Positions 27,482 to 36,946 of a stretch of DNA of 64,000 nt are shown in pieces. The DNA comes from an uncultured virus (IMG/VR IMGVR_UViG_3300034375_009390) (taxonomy: Duplodnaviria > Heunggongvirae > Uroviricota > Caudoviricetes): IMG/VR virus record IMGVR_UViG_3300034375_009390. One strand, 5' to 3'. The translations under genes were made by a program, and so were the position numbers. A model generated the notes under the pieces. The model saw only the letters and a list, made by a program, of their open reading frames with translations. It was not told where the DNA came from and searched no databases. Numbering within the stretch: the stretch's first letter is position 1; each line of letters starts with the position of its first letter.

Positions 27482-28681
27482 TTAGGTGTAAACGATCTTC
27501 AGGTCACCAGTGGAGGTGCGGTACACATCTCCATCAACAAGGCCGCCAGTTTTTGCGGCAGCGTTATCAGCATAGACGGGAGCGTTAGAGAAATTGATTA
27601 CCCGCGTATTCTTGATACGCATCGCTTCGGTTGGTGATGACGCCCCATCCGCAGTAACGGAGAACACTAGGCGTCCTGGGTAGTCACCGGATCCCGGCGT
27701 AGAATCAGCATAGGCTTCGATGCGTGCATAATCTCCACCGTCTTTATCTGTAAACAGAAAAGCTCCTATTTTGTCGGCATTTGACATAGAAGTGGATGAT
27801 TCACCTCTTTTAAGGGCAAATATTCCCTCGTTTGTGGGAACAGTAGCGTACCCTTGAACTTGCAAAAGCGCGTATTGCGCTGTGCTTGTGCTAGCGCTCG
27901 TAGACGTGCCAACTAAGAGCCTGCCGGAGCTGTCGATGCGGGCGCGTTCATTAGAAGCAGTGCTAAAAACGATCTTGCCTCCGCCTCTACTGGCATTAAT
28001 GGCTATTCCATTTGCTGTAGACGCCTCATTTGTTGTACCTATTGTTCCGGCACCGTTTCCATCCGATGAGAGTAGATCAACCGCAGTACCTGCACTAGCC
28101 TCTGCAATTGTTAAGCGCCCACCAGGACTCGTAGTGCCTATACCTACATTGCCTGAGGAGTCAATCCTCATTCTTTCACTGTTCGTAGTGGCATTATTTG
28201 TATAGAAACCTAAATAACCATCTACGCCAGCAACATCAGGTCGAGCACCAACAATTGACGCACTTGCAACAGAAGATCCATTTGGAATAAAATCAATAGC
28301 TGGTCCGTCGTCCGCAACCGTTCCCGCTGCCACAAGGGTGAGAACAGTTGTTTTACCGGAGACTGTACTTTCTGCAATATGGAGTTTTGAACCAGGATTA
28401 CTAGTCCCCAGACCTAGACGTCCGCTGGAATCAATACGCAGCCGCTCACTACCGCCGGTCGCAAACGCCAGAGTATTAGTTGTCGGTCTGAATAAACCAA
28501 CATCCGTATCATTCAGGAAGCGGACTGCGGGGGTTCCTGCCGATCCGTCCGGAATAAGAAACAGATTTTGCTGTTGAATCTTCTTATTCGGCGTTGTCGG
28601 GTCGCTTACATCGACCAGTACAAAAGTATCGTTCGAGGCCACGCCGGTCCCGATATCACTCAGAGCACTGATCTTTGTCAT
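27482..28681 (-). CDS. Tail fibre protein (modular)
   Basis: MTKISAL N-domain; three ER.RIDSSG repeats; YPGRLVFS..ADG..SPTEAMRI. Confidence 0.85.
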   Translation of the reverse strand: MTKISALSDIGTGVASNDTFVLVDVSDPTTPNKKIQQQNLFLIPDGSAGTPAVRFLNDTDVGLFRPTTNTLAFATGGSERLRIDSSGRLGLGTSNPGSKLHIAESTVSGKTTVLTLVAAGTVADDGPAIDFIPNGSSVASASIVGARPDVAGVDGYLGFYTNNATTNSERMRIDSSGNVGIGTTSPGGRLTIAEASAGTAVDLLSSDGNGAGTIGTTNEASTANGIAINASRGGGKIVFSTASNERARIDSSGRLLVGTSTSASTSTAQYALLQVQGYATVPTNEGIFALKRGESSTSMSNADKIGAFLFTDKDGGDYARIEAYADSTPGSGDYPGRLVFSVTADGASSPTEAMRIKNTRVINFSNAPVYADNAAAKTGGLVDGDVYRTSTGDLKIVYT

Positions 28682-28684
28682 GGC

Positions 28685-29995
28685 TTAGCCGAACACGAAG
28701 GCGTTGTCGTTTTCGTCCTGGATATCACCGCCGAGCTCAAGTTCTAAAGTTTGAGTCCTCGAAGGGTCGTAAACGAAATCAAAACGCCAGGCGAAGTACT
28801 CCTCTATAGTAGCCAACTCTTGGTCAGTTAAGATACGGTCGAAAATACAAATAGCGTAGAGATCACCGGTAAATGTACCAGCCGTTGTAGCACTACGACC
28901 AACAATAAATTCCCCAGTCGAGTCGTATGTAAACCCAGAACCGGGTTCATAATCGATAGCGTAGCTATTTAATCGAAACTCGATACCGAATTCTTGACTA
29001 ATACGAATACTGCTGTAGTAATTGCCGACAGCAGGTGAGTCTATAGGAAAATTAAACTCTACATTACTTGTAAAAAGACCTAGATTACCTCGTCCATCAG
29101 TATCACGCCAACGGTTAGAGACACTATTAAAGGTGCCAAGGATATTGTACGAAGTGTCTGCAACTTTAAAAATAGTTACGACAGTGGCAGCCGAAGGTAC
29201 CAGCGAGTGAATCTCAGGGCTAGTAAGACTCTGGTTGCCGGAAAAAACCACGCCGGGTTTGCCGTTGAGCCTATTAGTCGTGTAAGTCGGTTGAGCGCCA
29301 GAATCCGTTTGGCTTAGTGTGCCGCGATTTTCGACATCAATCCACTCCGAGACCTTATTCGACCCATCAACTGTAAAATTGCTGTATTCGCTATCAAACC
29401 ACAACACATTACTGAGAAGTGCCGTGGGCGGCGCTAAATACGTAGGGATGTACTGCGGGGTAGTACCATCCTCAGTCTTCAGAACAAGATACTGTTTGTA
29501 CAGTACGTTTTGTGCTCTCCAATCAACAGCAGAATTCCCCGTATAATCTAAACCCCCTGTAGTAAACGTATCTGCTTTAACAGGACCCAATTTGTACTGA
29601 CCGCCCTGTGTGTAAACACCAGACGAGTTAGTCGTCGAAAAGTAGGAGCCGCTTGAAGTTGCGTAAATACTGTTGCCTAAATCGACATACCCTCGATCCG
29701 AATTAATCGCGTCCGCGTAGATAGAACCTACGGACGAATCACCGGAATTGGAAACATATAAATTCTGGGTATTGATTAAACCAGAACCGCGATTTAGTAA
29801 ATTTACAACTTGCTGCTCAAGATGAAACTTGAGACCCGAAATGTTAGCATAGTCGGCGCCAACAACACCAGACGCACCTGTATTTACTAAAATATACAGA
29901 TCTTCAAGCTCAAAACCCAGCTGTTTTAAAGCTACATTGTTGTCTTCAATATCAGATAAATTATTATTTACACCTAAACCATATTGCTGAGTCAT
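28685..29995 (-). CDS. Tail protein with LamG-like domain
   Basis: NNLSD N-terminus; LWFDS..VSEWID..QPTY..NGKPGVVF; FTGDL..IFDRILT. Confidence 0.75.
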   Translation of the reverse strand: MTQQYGLGVNNNLSDIEDNNVALKQLGFELEDLYILVNTGASGVVGADYANISGLKFHLEQQVVNLLNRGSGLINTQNLYVSNSGDSSVGSIYADAINSDRGYVDLGNSIYATSSGSYFSTTNSSGVYTQGGQYKLGPVKADTFTTGGLDYTGNSAVDWRAQNVLYKQYLVLKTEDGTTPQYIPTYLAPPTALLSNVLWFDSEYSNFTVDGSNKVSEWIDVENRGTLSQTDSGAQPTYTTNRLNGKPGVVFSGNQSLTSPEIHSLVPSAATVVTIFKVADTSYNILGTFNSVSNRWRDTDGRGNLGLFTSNVEFNFPIDSPAVGNYYSSIRISQEFGIEFRLNSYAIDYEPGSGFTYDSTGEFIVGRSATTAGTFTGDLYAICIFDRILTDQELATIEEYFAWRFDFVYDPSRTQTLELELGGDIQDENDNAFVFG

Positions 29996-29997
29996 TT

Positions 29998-30552
29998 TTA
30001 AACCGGTTGGGTCCGTATGTACAGTATAAGATCCCCGTACTCTACCGGTACACCTTTAATTCCAGAGGCAATAGTCCCGGAGCCAAACGTATCTGCACCA
30101 CGCAGATCCGACGTTAATTGAATGTGGCTCATATCGATCGAACTAACAGCGTTCGTACCAACAAATGGAGAGCCCCCAATCGAACCGATATCTACTCCAT
30201 TTGTTTGAACGTTAACACCACTCAAAGTCCCTGGATTTAGGACATAAATACCGCTAGAAACGGGGTTGTGCTTCAGCAGACGGGATCCGTCAGTAGCAAC
30301 TCCGCTGGAAACAAGCGATTGCCCGGCATTGAGCCGAGGTTGAACCGGTGAAGTTATTCCTCGAAGTTGAAAAAAGTCCTCATTATTAACGAAATGAGCG
30401 CCACTGATCTGGATGATATCTTCACCAGTTACATCAATGGTGTAAGCAGTACCGCTAACGGTAAAAGTTACATTATTACCTAAGTTATCCCAAGTTTTAT
30501 CTACACTCTGTACGTCGCTAAGATTGTTAGAAGCAATTAATCCGTCGGACAT
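29998..30552 (-). CDS. Virion/tail protein
   Basis: GLIASNNLSDV..WDNLG; related to 22764..23306. Confidence 0.65.
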   Translation of the reverse strand: MSDGLIASNNLSDVQSVDKTWDNLGNNVTFTVSGTAYTIDVTGEDIIQISGAHFVNNEDFFQLRGITSPVQPRLNAGQSLVSSGVATDGSRLLKHNPVSSGIYVLNPGTLSGVNVQTNGVDIGSIGGSPFVGTNAVSSIDMSHIQLTSDLRGADTFGSGTIASGIKGVPVEYGDLILYIRTQPV

Positions 30553-32906
30553 TACTGTTGCTCCTCCCAATCAAGGGTAGCGGTGATGTAACCGGAGCCA
30601 TTACGAGCTGAAGCTGTGATGTACAAAGCTCCAGTAGTCTCGACAGTCCCAGGACGACCTCCTACAAACATCTTACCTTGACCAAACAGTGGATTTAAAT
30701 CGTACTGAACAGCTTCTCCACTTTGAACAAAGTAAGTGCCAAGTCGATTCGGCGAGCTCAAAACTTTGTAACCTTTTTGGTCAACCACAGCAGCCGATAC
30801 AGGGCTGTGAGGTGAATCTTTAAACTCAGCTGCAACATACGTAATCCCGCCAGCTGTCGTTGAGGACTGAGTAACACCGCTCGCTGTCCAAACTGTTACG
30901 GCATTTGTGGTGCCGCTGCCTGGGATCGGGATGTTCGCGACAGTATCGGTCGTGTAGACAACATCCGTAATCGAAGCGTCGTCCTGCAGTTCGGCAACAA
31001 TACGAAGCGGATAAGGATCCAGACCAGAAACAGTGATGCTGGTAGGTCCAGCGGTCAACGTCGTATTAGTCGACCCTGTAGCAACAACAAAATCAGCACG
31101 ATAATAGGGTTCAAACGGATACGCACTTTCGCCTTTAATCAGACCTTTTGAGTTGTAATCCAGAGCTGGGTATTTAGAGGCGAACCAGCAAACCTGTTCA
31201 GTATCAGGGTCCCAAGTACCGGAAACAGACTGGGGAATCAAACCGAGGCGCCAGTAGCCTCCGCCAGTGCGAAAGTACACACTACCTTTGTCGACACCAC
31301 TGGGGATTACGCCGCTGCTAACCGCCCACGCGTCAAACCGAGCGAGTCGGATGGATGTAACACTCGCCGGTAGTTCACGATCGACGGTAATTTGCGTGAG
31401 ATCTTCGTTGACGTTAATAACGTGCGTGCTGTAAATACCGTTACCGACAACTTTTACAGGACGTCCGTCTAAGTAGTTAGCGCTCTGGATATACTCGCCG
31501 GAGATATTCGGGAAAGACCCACTCAGAACGACGTCGCTGAGTTTAGTTACAGGAATTGCGGAGCTCTGACCTCGGCTTAAATTCGTACCGAAGCCGGGAG
31601 TGTAATTAATATCTACATCGTAGTACTGGAGAGATGCAGTGACTTTGGCATCTACATCACTGCGCAATCCAAGACTGATGGGGTAGAGCTTCTGAAGATT
31701 TGTTACGCCATTAATCCGGGGCTTTAACTGCAACCCAAGAATTGTACGATCCGTAGAATCGATAAGCTTTGGTGTATCTAGAGTAGCGCTACCTGTCGTA
31801 AGAGTGCCGTCATCACCGCCATCAATGTATACGCTACTTCCGTAAAGATTAATGAACGCCGGTTGTGTCGTACCTGCTGTAGAAACAGCTTCGACGAACA
31901 TATTCATAAACGGTGAGCGTAGGCTCGGGACGGCGTATTCGTCAGACGCAGTAATACCGTGAAGAAGAACCCATCGGGAATCACGATAGCTGATCGGCAC
32001 GTAGGCGTAAAAACGCGCCCCGATTGCACCGTACCAACCAAACTCAACGCCAAACATCGTGACCTTGCTCAGGTCTAAGTTCCATTGTGTTCGACTTTCG
32101 GGACCGATAGTTACAGGATCTCCGTTCCAATCATCACGAGCAACTTTTAAAGTCCCTAGATCGGGAGACGTGCGGACAATGTAAAGATCTGTGCCTCGCT
32201 CTAACTGGAAGTAATATCCATCTCCCACGGGGTTCCGAACACCCCAGGAAATAACTTCACCTGTGTGCTGGCTGTTCGTCGACATACGAACGCCCATGGT
32301 GACGCCCGTAATGCGGCCCGGCTGATACCGAAACGCCTGTTTCGATTGCCAGTACTGGCGCATCCGACCGTCGGTGTAATCCCCGGGGAAGCGACCAGTC
32401 CCGTCGTCTACAGGGAAAGCGAAGCTGCGTGCTGGAGGATAAACGTACGCTTGCAGTGCACTTTCAGTCTTAATTTCTCGCTCGTAGTATCCAAAGTCTC
32501 CGTCAAATGTGTACTCGACTGGATCCTCCCAGTACGTGTATTCGTCACGCGGACTGATATTTCCGTGCCAATACTGAGGGTTTACGCCATAGGTATTAAC
32601 CACGGCGAATAGACCTAGCTTTCGCTCATCCTTAGGTACGCCGAGCAGAGAAAATGAAATTTCAGACGCGTTTTCGTTCCCCTGCTGTACAGGAGTGACG
32701 GAAGAAACGACTTCGGGGAATGCTCCCGGGTAAGCGGTACCTGAAGAAACAACGAGTGTATCTAAATTGGCGGTGAGGGGTACATCAGTCCCTGACGCAT
32801 ACAGAAGCTGACCATCAAGAAAGTTAACTAAGGTCGTTTCAACACGAGTCTGCCCGGCGGCGGCAGCGTCGTCAGGAAGCTGATAATACCCACTTAAAAC
32901 GGTCAT
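30552..32906 (-). CDS. Large tail/baseplate-like protein
   Basis: Paralogue of 33613..35373 (FRYQPGR, WYGAIG, YIDGGD). Confidence 0.7.
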   Translation of the reverse strand: MTVLSGYYQLPDDAAAAGQTRVETTLVNFLDGQLLYASGTDVPLTANLDTLVVSSGTAYPGAFPEVVSSVTPVQQGNENASEISFSLLGVPKDERKLGLFAVVNTYGVNPQYWHGNISPRDEYTYWEDPVEYTFDGDFGYYEREIKTESALQAYVYPPARSFAFPVDDGTGRFPGDYTDGRMRQYWQSKQAFRYQPGRITGVTMGVRMSTNSQHTGEVISWGVRNPVGDGYYFQLERGTDLYIVRTSPDLGTLKVARDDWNGDPVTIGPESRTQWNLDLSKVTMFGVEFGWYGAIGARFYAYVPISYRDSRWVLLHGITASDEYAVPSLRSPFMNMFVEAVSTAGTTQPAFINLYGSSVYIDGGDDGTLTTGSATLDTPKLIDSTDRTILGLQLKPRINGVTNLQKLYPISLGLRSDVDAKVTASLQYYDVDINYTPGFGTNLSRGQSSAIPVTKLSDVVLSGSFPNISGEYIQSANYLDGRPVKVVGNGIYSTHVINVNEDLTQITVDRELPASVTSIRLARFDAWAVSSGVIPSGVDKGSVYFRTGGGYWRLGLIPQSVSGTWDPDTEQVCWFASKYPALDYNSKGLIKGESAYPFEPYYRADFVVATGSTNTTLTAGPTSITVSGLDPYPLRIVAELQDDASITDVVYTTDTVANIPIPGSGTTNAVTVWTASGVTQSSTTAGGITYVAAEFKDSPHSPVSAAVVDQKGYKVLSSPNRLGTYFVQSGEAVQYDLNPLFGQGKMFVGGRPGTVETTGALYITASARNGSGYITATLDWEEQQ

Positions 32907-32933
32907 AGACTGCGCCCCTTCCTTTGATTCTAC

Positions 32934-33545
32934 CTAAAAACGATGCGGTGCACAGTGGAAGCAGTCACAGTCTAGTTTATCCAAATCTGGCAATTCTCGT
33001 CCTAATTTGTCCCAACCAAGTTCAATCCATTTACCTCGAACAGTGCGGGCGGCTTCGATTTTGCAGACATAACAACCTAAATATTCCAGTCTGCCTTTAT
33101 GCCCAACCCCCGCCTGCCATTTTTCTACTTTTTTGTTCCAAATAACACCCGTTACGCCGCTAACGCTAGATCGAAACACTGATCTGTTTACACTTTGAAT
33201 ACTGCCATCTATGTCTAATCTTAAGTTGGACGCGTTGTTATCCAACCAATTTCTATTTATATGATCGATCTGACCATCGGAGGGATCTACACCAAAAGTC
33301 ATATAATAAATTAATCGAGATGCGGCGTACTTAACGCCATCAACTTTAACCATCCAGTCGCCCCTATCAGGTGTGCGATGAGAGAAAAGCTTATATCCCG
33401 CCACGCTGGCGGCTTTGGCTCCTCCTTTACGATCTACTTTCCAAACTAAACCCGACCACTGTCCGTACTTATCTGGTGGAATTTCAACGACTTCCAGCAG
33501 CTCATTCAACCGCTCAAGCGGCGGCAGGGGCTTATACTTAGGCAT
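32934..33545 (-). CDS. HNH-AP2-like homing endonuclease
   Basis: IDHINRNWLDNNASNLR; SGVTGVIW; YLGCY..KIEAA. Confidence 0.85.
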   Translation of the reverse strand: MPKYKPLPPLERLNELLEVVEIPPDKYGQWSGLVWKVDRKGGAKAASVAGYKLFSHRTPDRGDWMVKVDGVKYAASRLIYYMTFGVDPSDGQIDHINRNWLDNNASNLRLDIDGSIQSVNRSVFRSSVSGVTGVIWNKKVEKWQAGVGHKGRLEYLGCYVCKIEAARTVRGKWIELGWDKLGRELPDLDKLDCDCFHCAPHRF

Positions 33546-33612
33546 CGGCCTGGTTGTGCAGGTTGATCGCGCCTCGGGGTGTTGTCGCACCGCCGAGGCT
33601 TCAAACTATAGC

Positions 33613-35373
33613 TTACACTTGCTCATTCCACGTGAGCGCAGTACTGATATCCATGGAGCCAGCGGCACTCTGTGCCACTACATATAACGCATCGCCAGAA
33701 ACAGCAGTGAGAGGATAGGATAAGTAATCTTTATTATAAGAGAAGTAGGGAGACAAGTCGATGTCCGTGCCGCCGGCACCGACGAAGAAAGTCGCTACGG
33801 TGACGCCGCCGCTAACGATCGGTACAGTTCCGGAAGCGATGTCAGCGTATTCGATCGGGCTCAGATCACCGGCACTGACGAAGGAGGGGACACCCGAAAC
33901 GTAAACCGGGTTCTTAACCAGCTTGACTGTGCCACGTGCGCCAGCACCGACACCCAGACGGGTCGGGTAAACCTGCATCCGGTTACGGACGTCGTTAACC
34001 TCGTTCTTCACACGGAGGGCCAGGATGGCTTCACCTGCGGTGTCGACACCCCGATCAAGGGAATTGCTTTGCGAACGGGCCGTAACTGTGCCAGTGTCGC
34101 CGCCATCGATGTAATAGGAGGCGCCGTATTTGTAAACAGCGCACTCATTTGAGCTGTTGTACTTCTGCGCGACGTAAGTAATTGGCAGAGTCGGGTTCGA
34201 CAGACTCGGGCTGACGAGCTGGTTCGAGGTACGAATGTCATGGACCCGAACCCACGAGGCGTTGCCCGTAGTGGTCGAATCGGGAACGTAAGCGAAGAAT
34301 CGAGCGCCAACTGCCCCGTACCAGGAGTAGTCGACCTTCAGCATGGTGACTTTGGTGAAGTCAAAGTCCCAAACAGAAGTGTCAGTTTGAAGGTTTCCGT
34401 TGTCGTCGGTAACAGCGGTACCGTCGATATAAGAAACTAAAGGAGTATCAGCAGTACCGCTAGCGTGAAGTGTAAAACTACTCTTTCCAGGAGTCCTATC
34501 GGAGTAGAAGAGGGTCGCAGTCTGAGCATCGAGACGGTCCCCAGAAAAGTAACGCCGGGGAACACGATACTCGTAAGTGTATTGGTTGCCGCTAGCAACT
34601 GTTAAGAAACTCGAAGAAACAGTCGTCGTGCCATTCGACGAAGCGTTGCTGCCGATGTTGACGCCGCTCGTAGCATCCCGAAGGCTGCGATCATAAAGGG
34701 CAGCGTGCACATAAGTAAGGCCGCCACGGACGATAACCAGATCGCTGCCAGCGGTACCGACATCGCCATCACCAGCGTCCGGATTGCGGATCCCGGTCGC
34801 GTCAGTTTCAAAAGCGCTACTGCGACGGACACACAGGAAGTTGTAGTTCTTGTTGGTGCGGATGTCGCCGGTAAAGTCCTGGGCGCCCCCTTGGATTTCG
34901 TAGTAATAACCGTCCTTCTCATCAAAAGCGCCGGCTTTTTTGATGTCAGTCGAGTCGGTTGACTCGGAGAAGCGGACGCCAAAGGTAGCGGAGCTGACGC
35001 GGCCAGGCTGGTAGCGGAAGAAGCGCTTGCTGCTCAGGATCTGCGAGGTGCTGCCGCTGGCTGCGGGCAAATAGATCTTGGCGGCGCTTTCGTTAGGAAG
35101 GTGCGTTGTAAGGCCACCGCCCTCACTTTCCCACTCATTGGGATTGACAGCGTAGGTGGTGACGTCGGAGAAGATACCGAGAGCAGTCTCGGTACGAGGG
35201 ATACCGAGCAGGCTCAGGCTAACTTCAGAGATCTGCTGATTCTGAACCGAGACGGGGATAGCCGATTGATCGCTGGCAATAACAACGGGCAGACTATTCT
35301 CCATAGTCTGCTGACCCTTAGGGATCGGAGGAGTCCGACCAATCGTGATTACCGTTGCGTTTACATCAGCCAT
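33613..35373 (-). CDS. Large tail/baseplate-like protein
   Basis: SLPVVIASDQ, FRYQPGR, WYGAVG, YIDGGD. Confidence 0.7.
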   Translation of the reverse strand: MADVNATVITIGRTPPIPKGQQTMENSLPVVIASDQSAIPVSVQNQQISEVSLSLLGIPRTETALGIFSDVTTYAVNPNEWESEGGGLTTHLPNESAAKIYLPAASGSTSQILSSKRFFRYQPGRVSSATFGVRFSESTDSTDIKKAGAFDEKDGYYYEIQGGAQDFTGDIRTNKNYNFLCVRRSSAFETDATGIRNPDAGDGDVGTAGSDLVIVRGGLTYVHAALYDRSLRDATSGVNIGSNASSNGTTTVSSSFLTVASGNQYTYEYRVPRRYFSGDRLDAQTATLFYSDRTPGKSSFTLHASGTADTPLVSYIDGTAVTDDNGNLQTDTSVWDFDFTKVTMLKVDYSWYGAVGARFFAYVPDSTTTGNASWVRVHDIRTSNQLVSPSLSNPTLPITYVAQKYNSSNECAVYKYGASYYIDGGDTGTVTARSQSNSLDRGVDTAGEAILALRVKNEVNDVRNRMQVYPTRLGVGAGARGTVKLVKNPVYVSGVPSFVSAGDLSPIEYADIASGTVPIVSGGVTVATFFVGAGGTDIDLSPYFSYNKDYLSYPLTAVSGDALYVVAQSAAGSMDISTALTWNEQV

Positions 35374-35388
35374 GCTTTAAACCTTCCG

Positions 35389-36291
35389 TCAGGGGAGAGT
35401 GACGAACACGATTCCTCTCACCATTGTATCGACTCTACGCGAATAAAGAGCGATACCAGTCGCATATACGCCAGTTGCTTCAACATTCGTACCCGAAGTT
35501 GAAAGCTCAGGAATAGCGAACTGATACGGAACCGAAGATGTGATCAGGTTCAGTTGGTTCTGACCGCTCGAATTCGTCGGATATAAAGTGTCGTAAACGT
35601 TCGCGGGCAGCCCGGACACAGCCACGCCGCTGATGATCACGGAGTCGTAACGGGACAGACCGGGATAGGAAGTCGTTACAACAGCCAGAGTGCCAGAGGC
35701 GCTGTTAACAAATCCGGAGACACCAGCCGCCAACTGATCGGAAGTGCGCTGAACGTCCCAGTAGATCTGCTGACCAGAGGTCGCGGGGAGAAGAGCAGTC
35801 TGAGCGGACGAGGCCCAAACCCGAATATAACCAGAGCCGGGAGTAACAACAGTTGTATTAAGGTCGGTGATGACGTCGTAAGTCGACGTACGTGCGTAGG
35901 AGTTTACAGTGGAGTCAGAAAGGTCAGCAGGAGAACCATCAGCCTCCTGTAAATACATGTAAAAGCCGTCCCAGGTATCTCCGCGAATCAAATTGAGGTT
36001 GATCTCAGGGATCGACCTGTTGATCAGCTGGGTGGTGTCCGGAAGCCCAGTAACCGAGGCGCCGTCAACGATGGTAAGGGAACCGCCGCTGGGAACGACA
36101 ATGCCGCTGGCAGTTAGAGTGCCGGTAATCGTGTCGCCGTCAACGTTGACGTAGCGATCATCGAGTACACCAATCTGTACACTTTTATTTTTATTAGCGT
36201 CTAGCGATTCAGATACGTCTACAACGGGAAAATAATCGCCGCTGGCAACGGTCGTAAGACTACTAAACTGAGAAATCTTTTCTGAAGCCAC
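35389..36291 (-). CDS. Tail fibre/baseplate adaptor protein
   Basis: EKISQF N-domain; YVNVDGDTITGTL; BppU-like IRGDTW..YWDVQ. Confidence 0.65.
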   Translation of the reverse strand: MASEKISQFSSLTTVASGDYFPVVDVSESLDANKNKSVQIGVLDDRYVNVDGDTITGTLTASGIVVPSGGSLTIVDGASVTGLPDTTQLINRSIPEINLNLIRGDTWDGFYMYLQEADGSPADLSDSTVNSYARTSTYDVITDLNTTVVTPGSGYIRVWASSAQTALLPATSGQQIYWDVQRTSDQLAAGVSGFVNSASGTLAVVTTSYPGLSRYDSVIISGVAVSGLPANVYDTLYPTNSSGQNQLNLITSSVPYQFAIPELSTSGTNVEATGVYATGIALYSRRVDTMVRGIVFVTLP

Positions 36292-36296
36292 GTTGC

Positions 36297-36770
36297 TCAG
36301 CCCTCTTGTTCAATTATATCGCCAGCTTCAGTAAGAATCGTGTAAATTCCTTCGACAGGGCTATCTTCAGTGACGATGTAGGGAGTTGATACGTCCGCTA
36401 ACACTGAGATCGAGGGCTGCAGAACAACACCTGAACTTGAGGTAGCTCTAGCAAACGCAGCGATGTTTGCAGAACCGTAAAGAGTGTCGTTAAGACCCGA
36501 TACCATCGGGTAGTAGCTGGTGTAGTAACCCCCCGGCGAGTTACTTAGATATAAGTAGTCACCGGGAGTGAGTCCCGAAAACGTATGAACTTCGCCGTCG
36601 ACGACAACCTGAACCGGTGCATGTAACGAACCAGAACTAATGGCTACACCGACGGCTTTGAAACGGGTGGCGTCACCAACAACGGCTTTGCGAGCCACGC
36701 TGTTCGAGGTAACTGCGACGATATCGCCGACGTCGATACTCTCCCCAGCCCTAAAAATTGATAACGCCAC
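36297..36770 (-). CDS. Virion structural protein
   Basis: AGESIDVGD, GLTPGDYLYLS; C-terminal ILTEAGDIIEQE. Confidence 0.65.
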   Translation of the reverse strand: MALSIFRAGESIDVGDIVAVTSNSVARKAVVGDATRFKAVGVAISSGSLHAPVQVVVDGEVHTFSGLTPGDYLYLSNSPGGYYTSYYPMVSGLNDTLYGSANIAAFARATSSSGVVLQPSISVLADVSTPYIVTEDSPVEGIYTILTEAGDIIEQEG

Positions 36771-36797
36771 TTTTCAGAACTATTTTATCTAAGTCTA

Positions 36798-36920
36798 TTA
36801 CCTACCCTGCCCGCGATACCGTTTCTTTCCGCGCCGTTTTGGACGGGATAAAACGCTGTGACCGATAGAAGTTGTTTTGGGCTTGGTTTGGATCAGAGCT
36901 TGACCTTTAGGCTTTGCCAT
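36798..36920 (-). CDS. 40-aa basic protein (not in track)
   Basis: MAKPKG...KPKTTSIG...KKRYRGQGR. Confidence 0.65.
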   Translation of the reverse strand: MAKPKGQALIQTKPKTTSIGHSVLSRPKRRGKKRYRGQGR

Positions 36921-36946
36921 GTGAAGTCATGTCAGACCGGAGCAGT

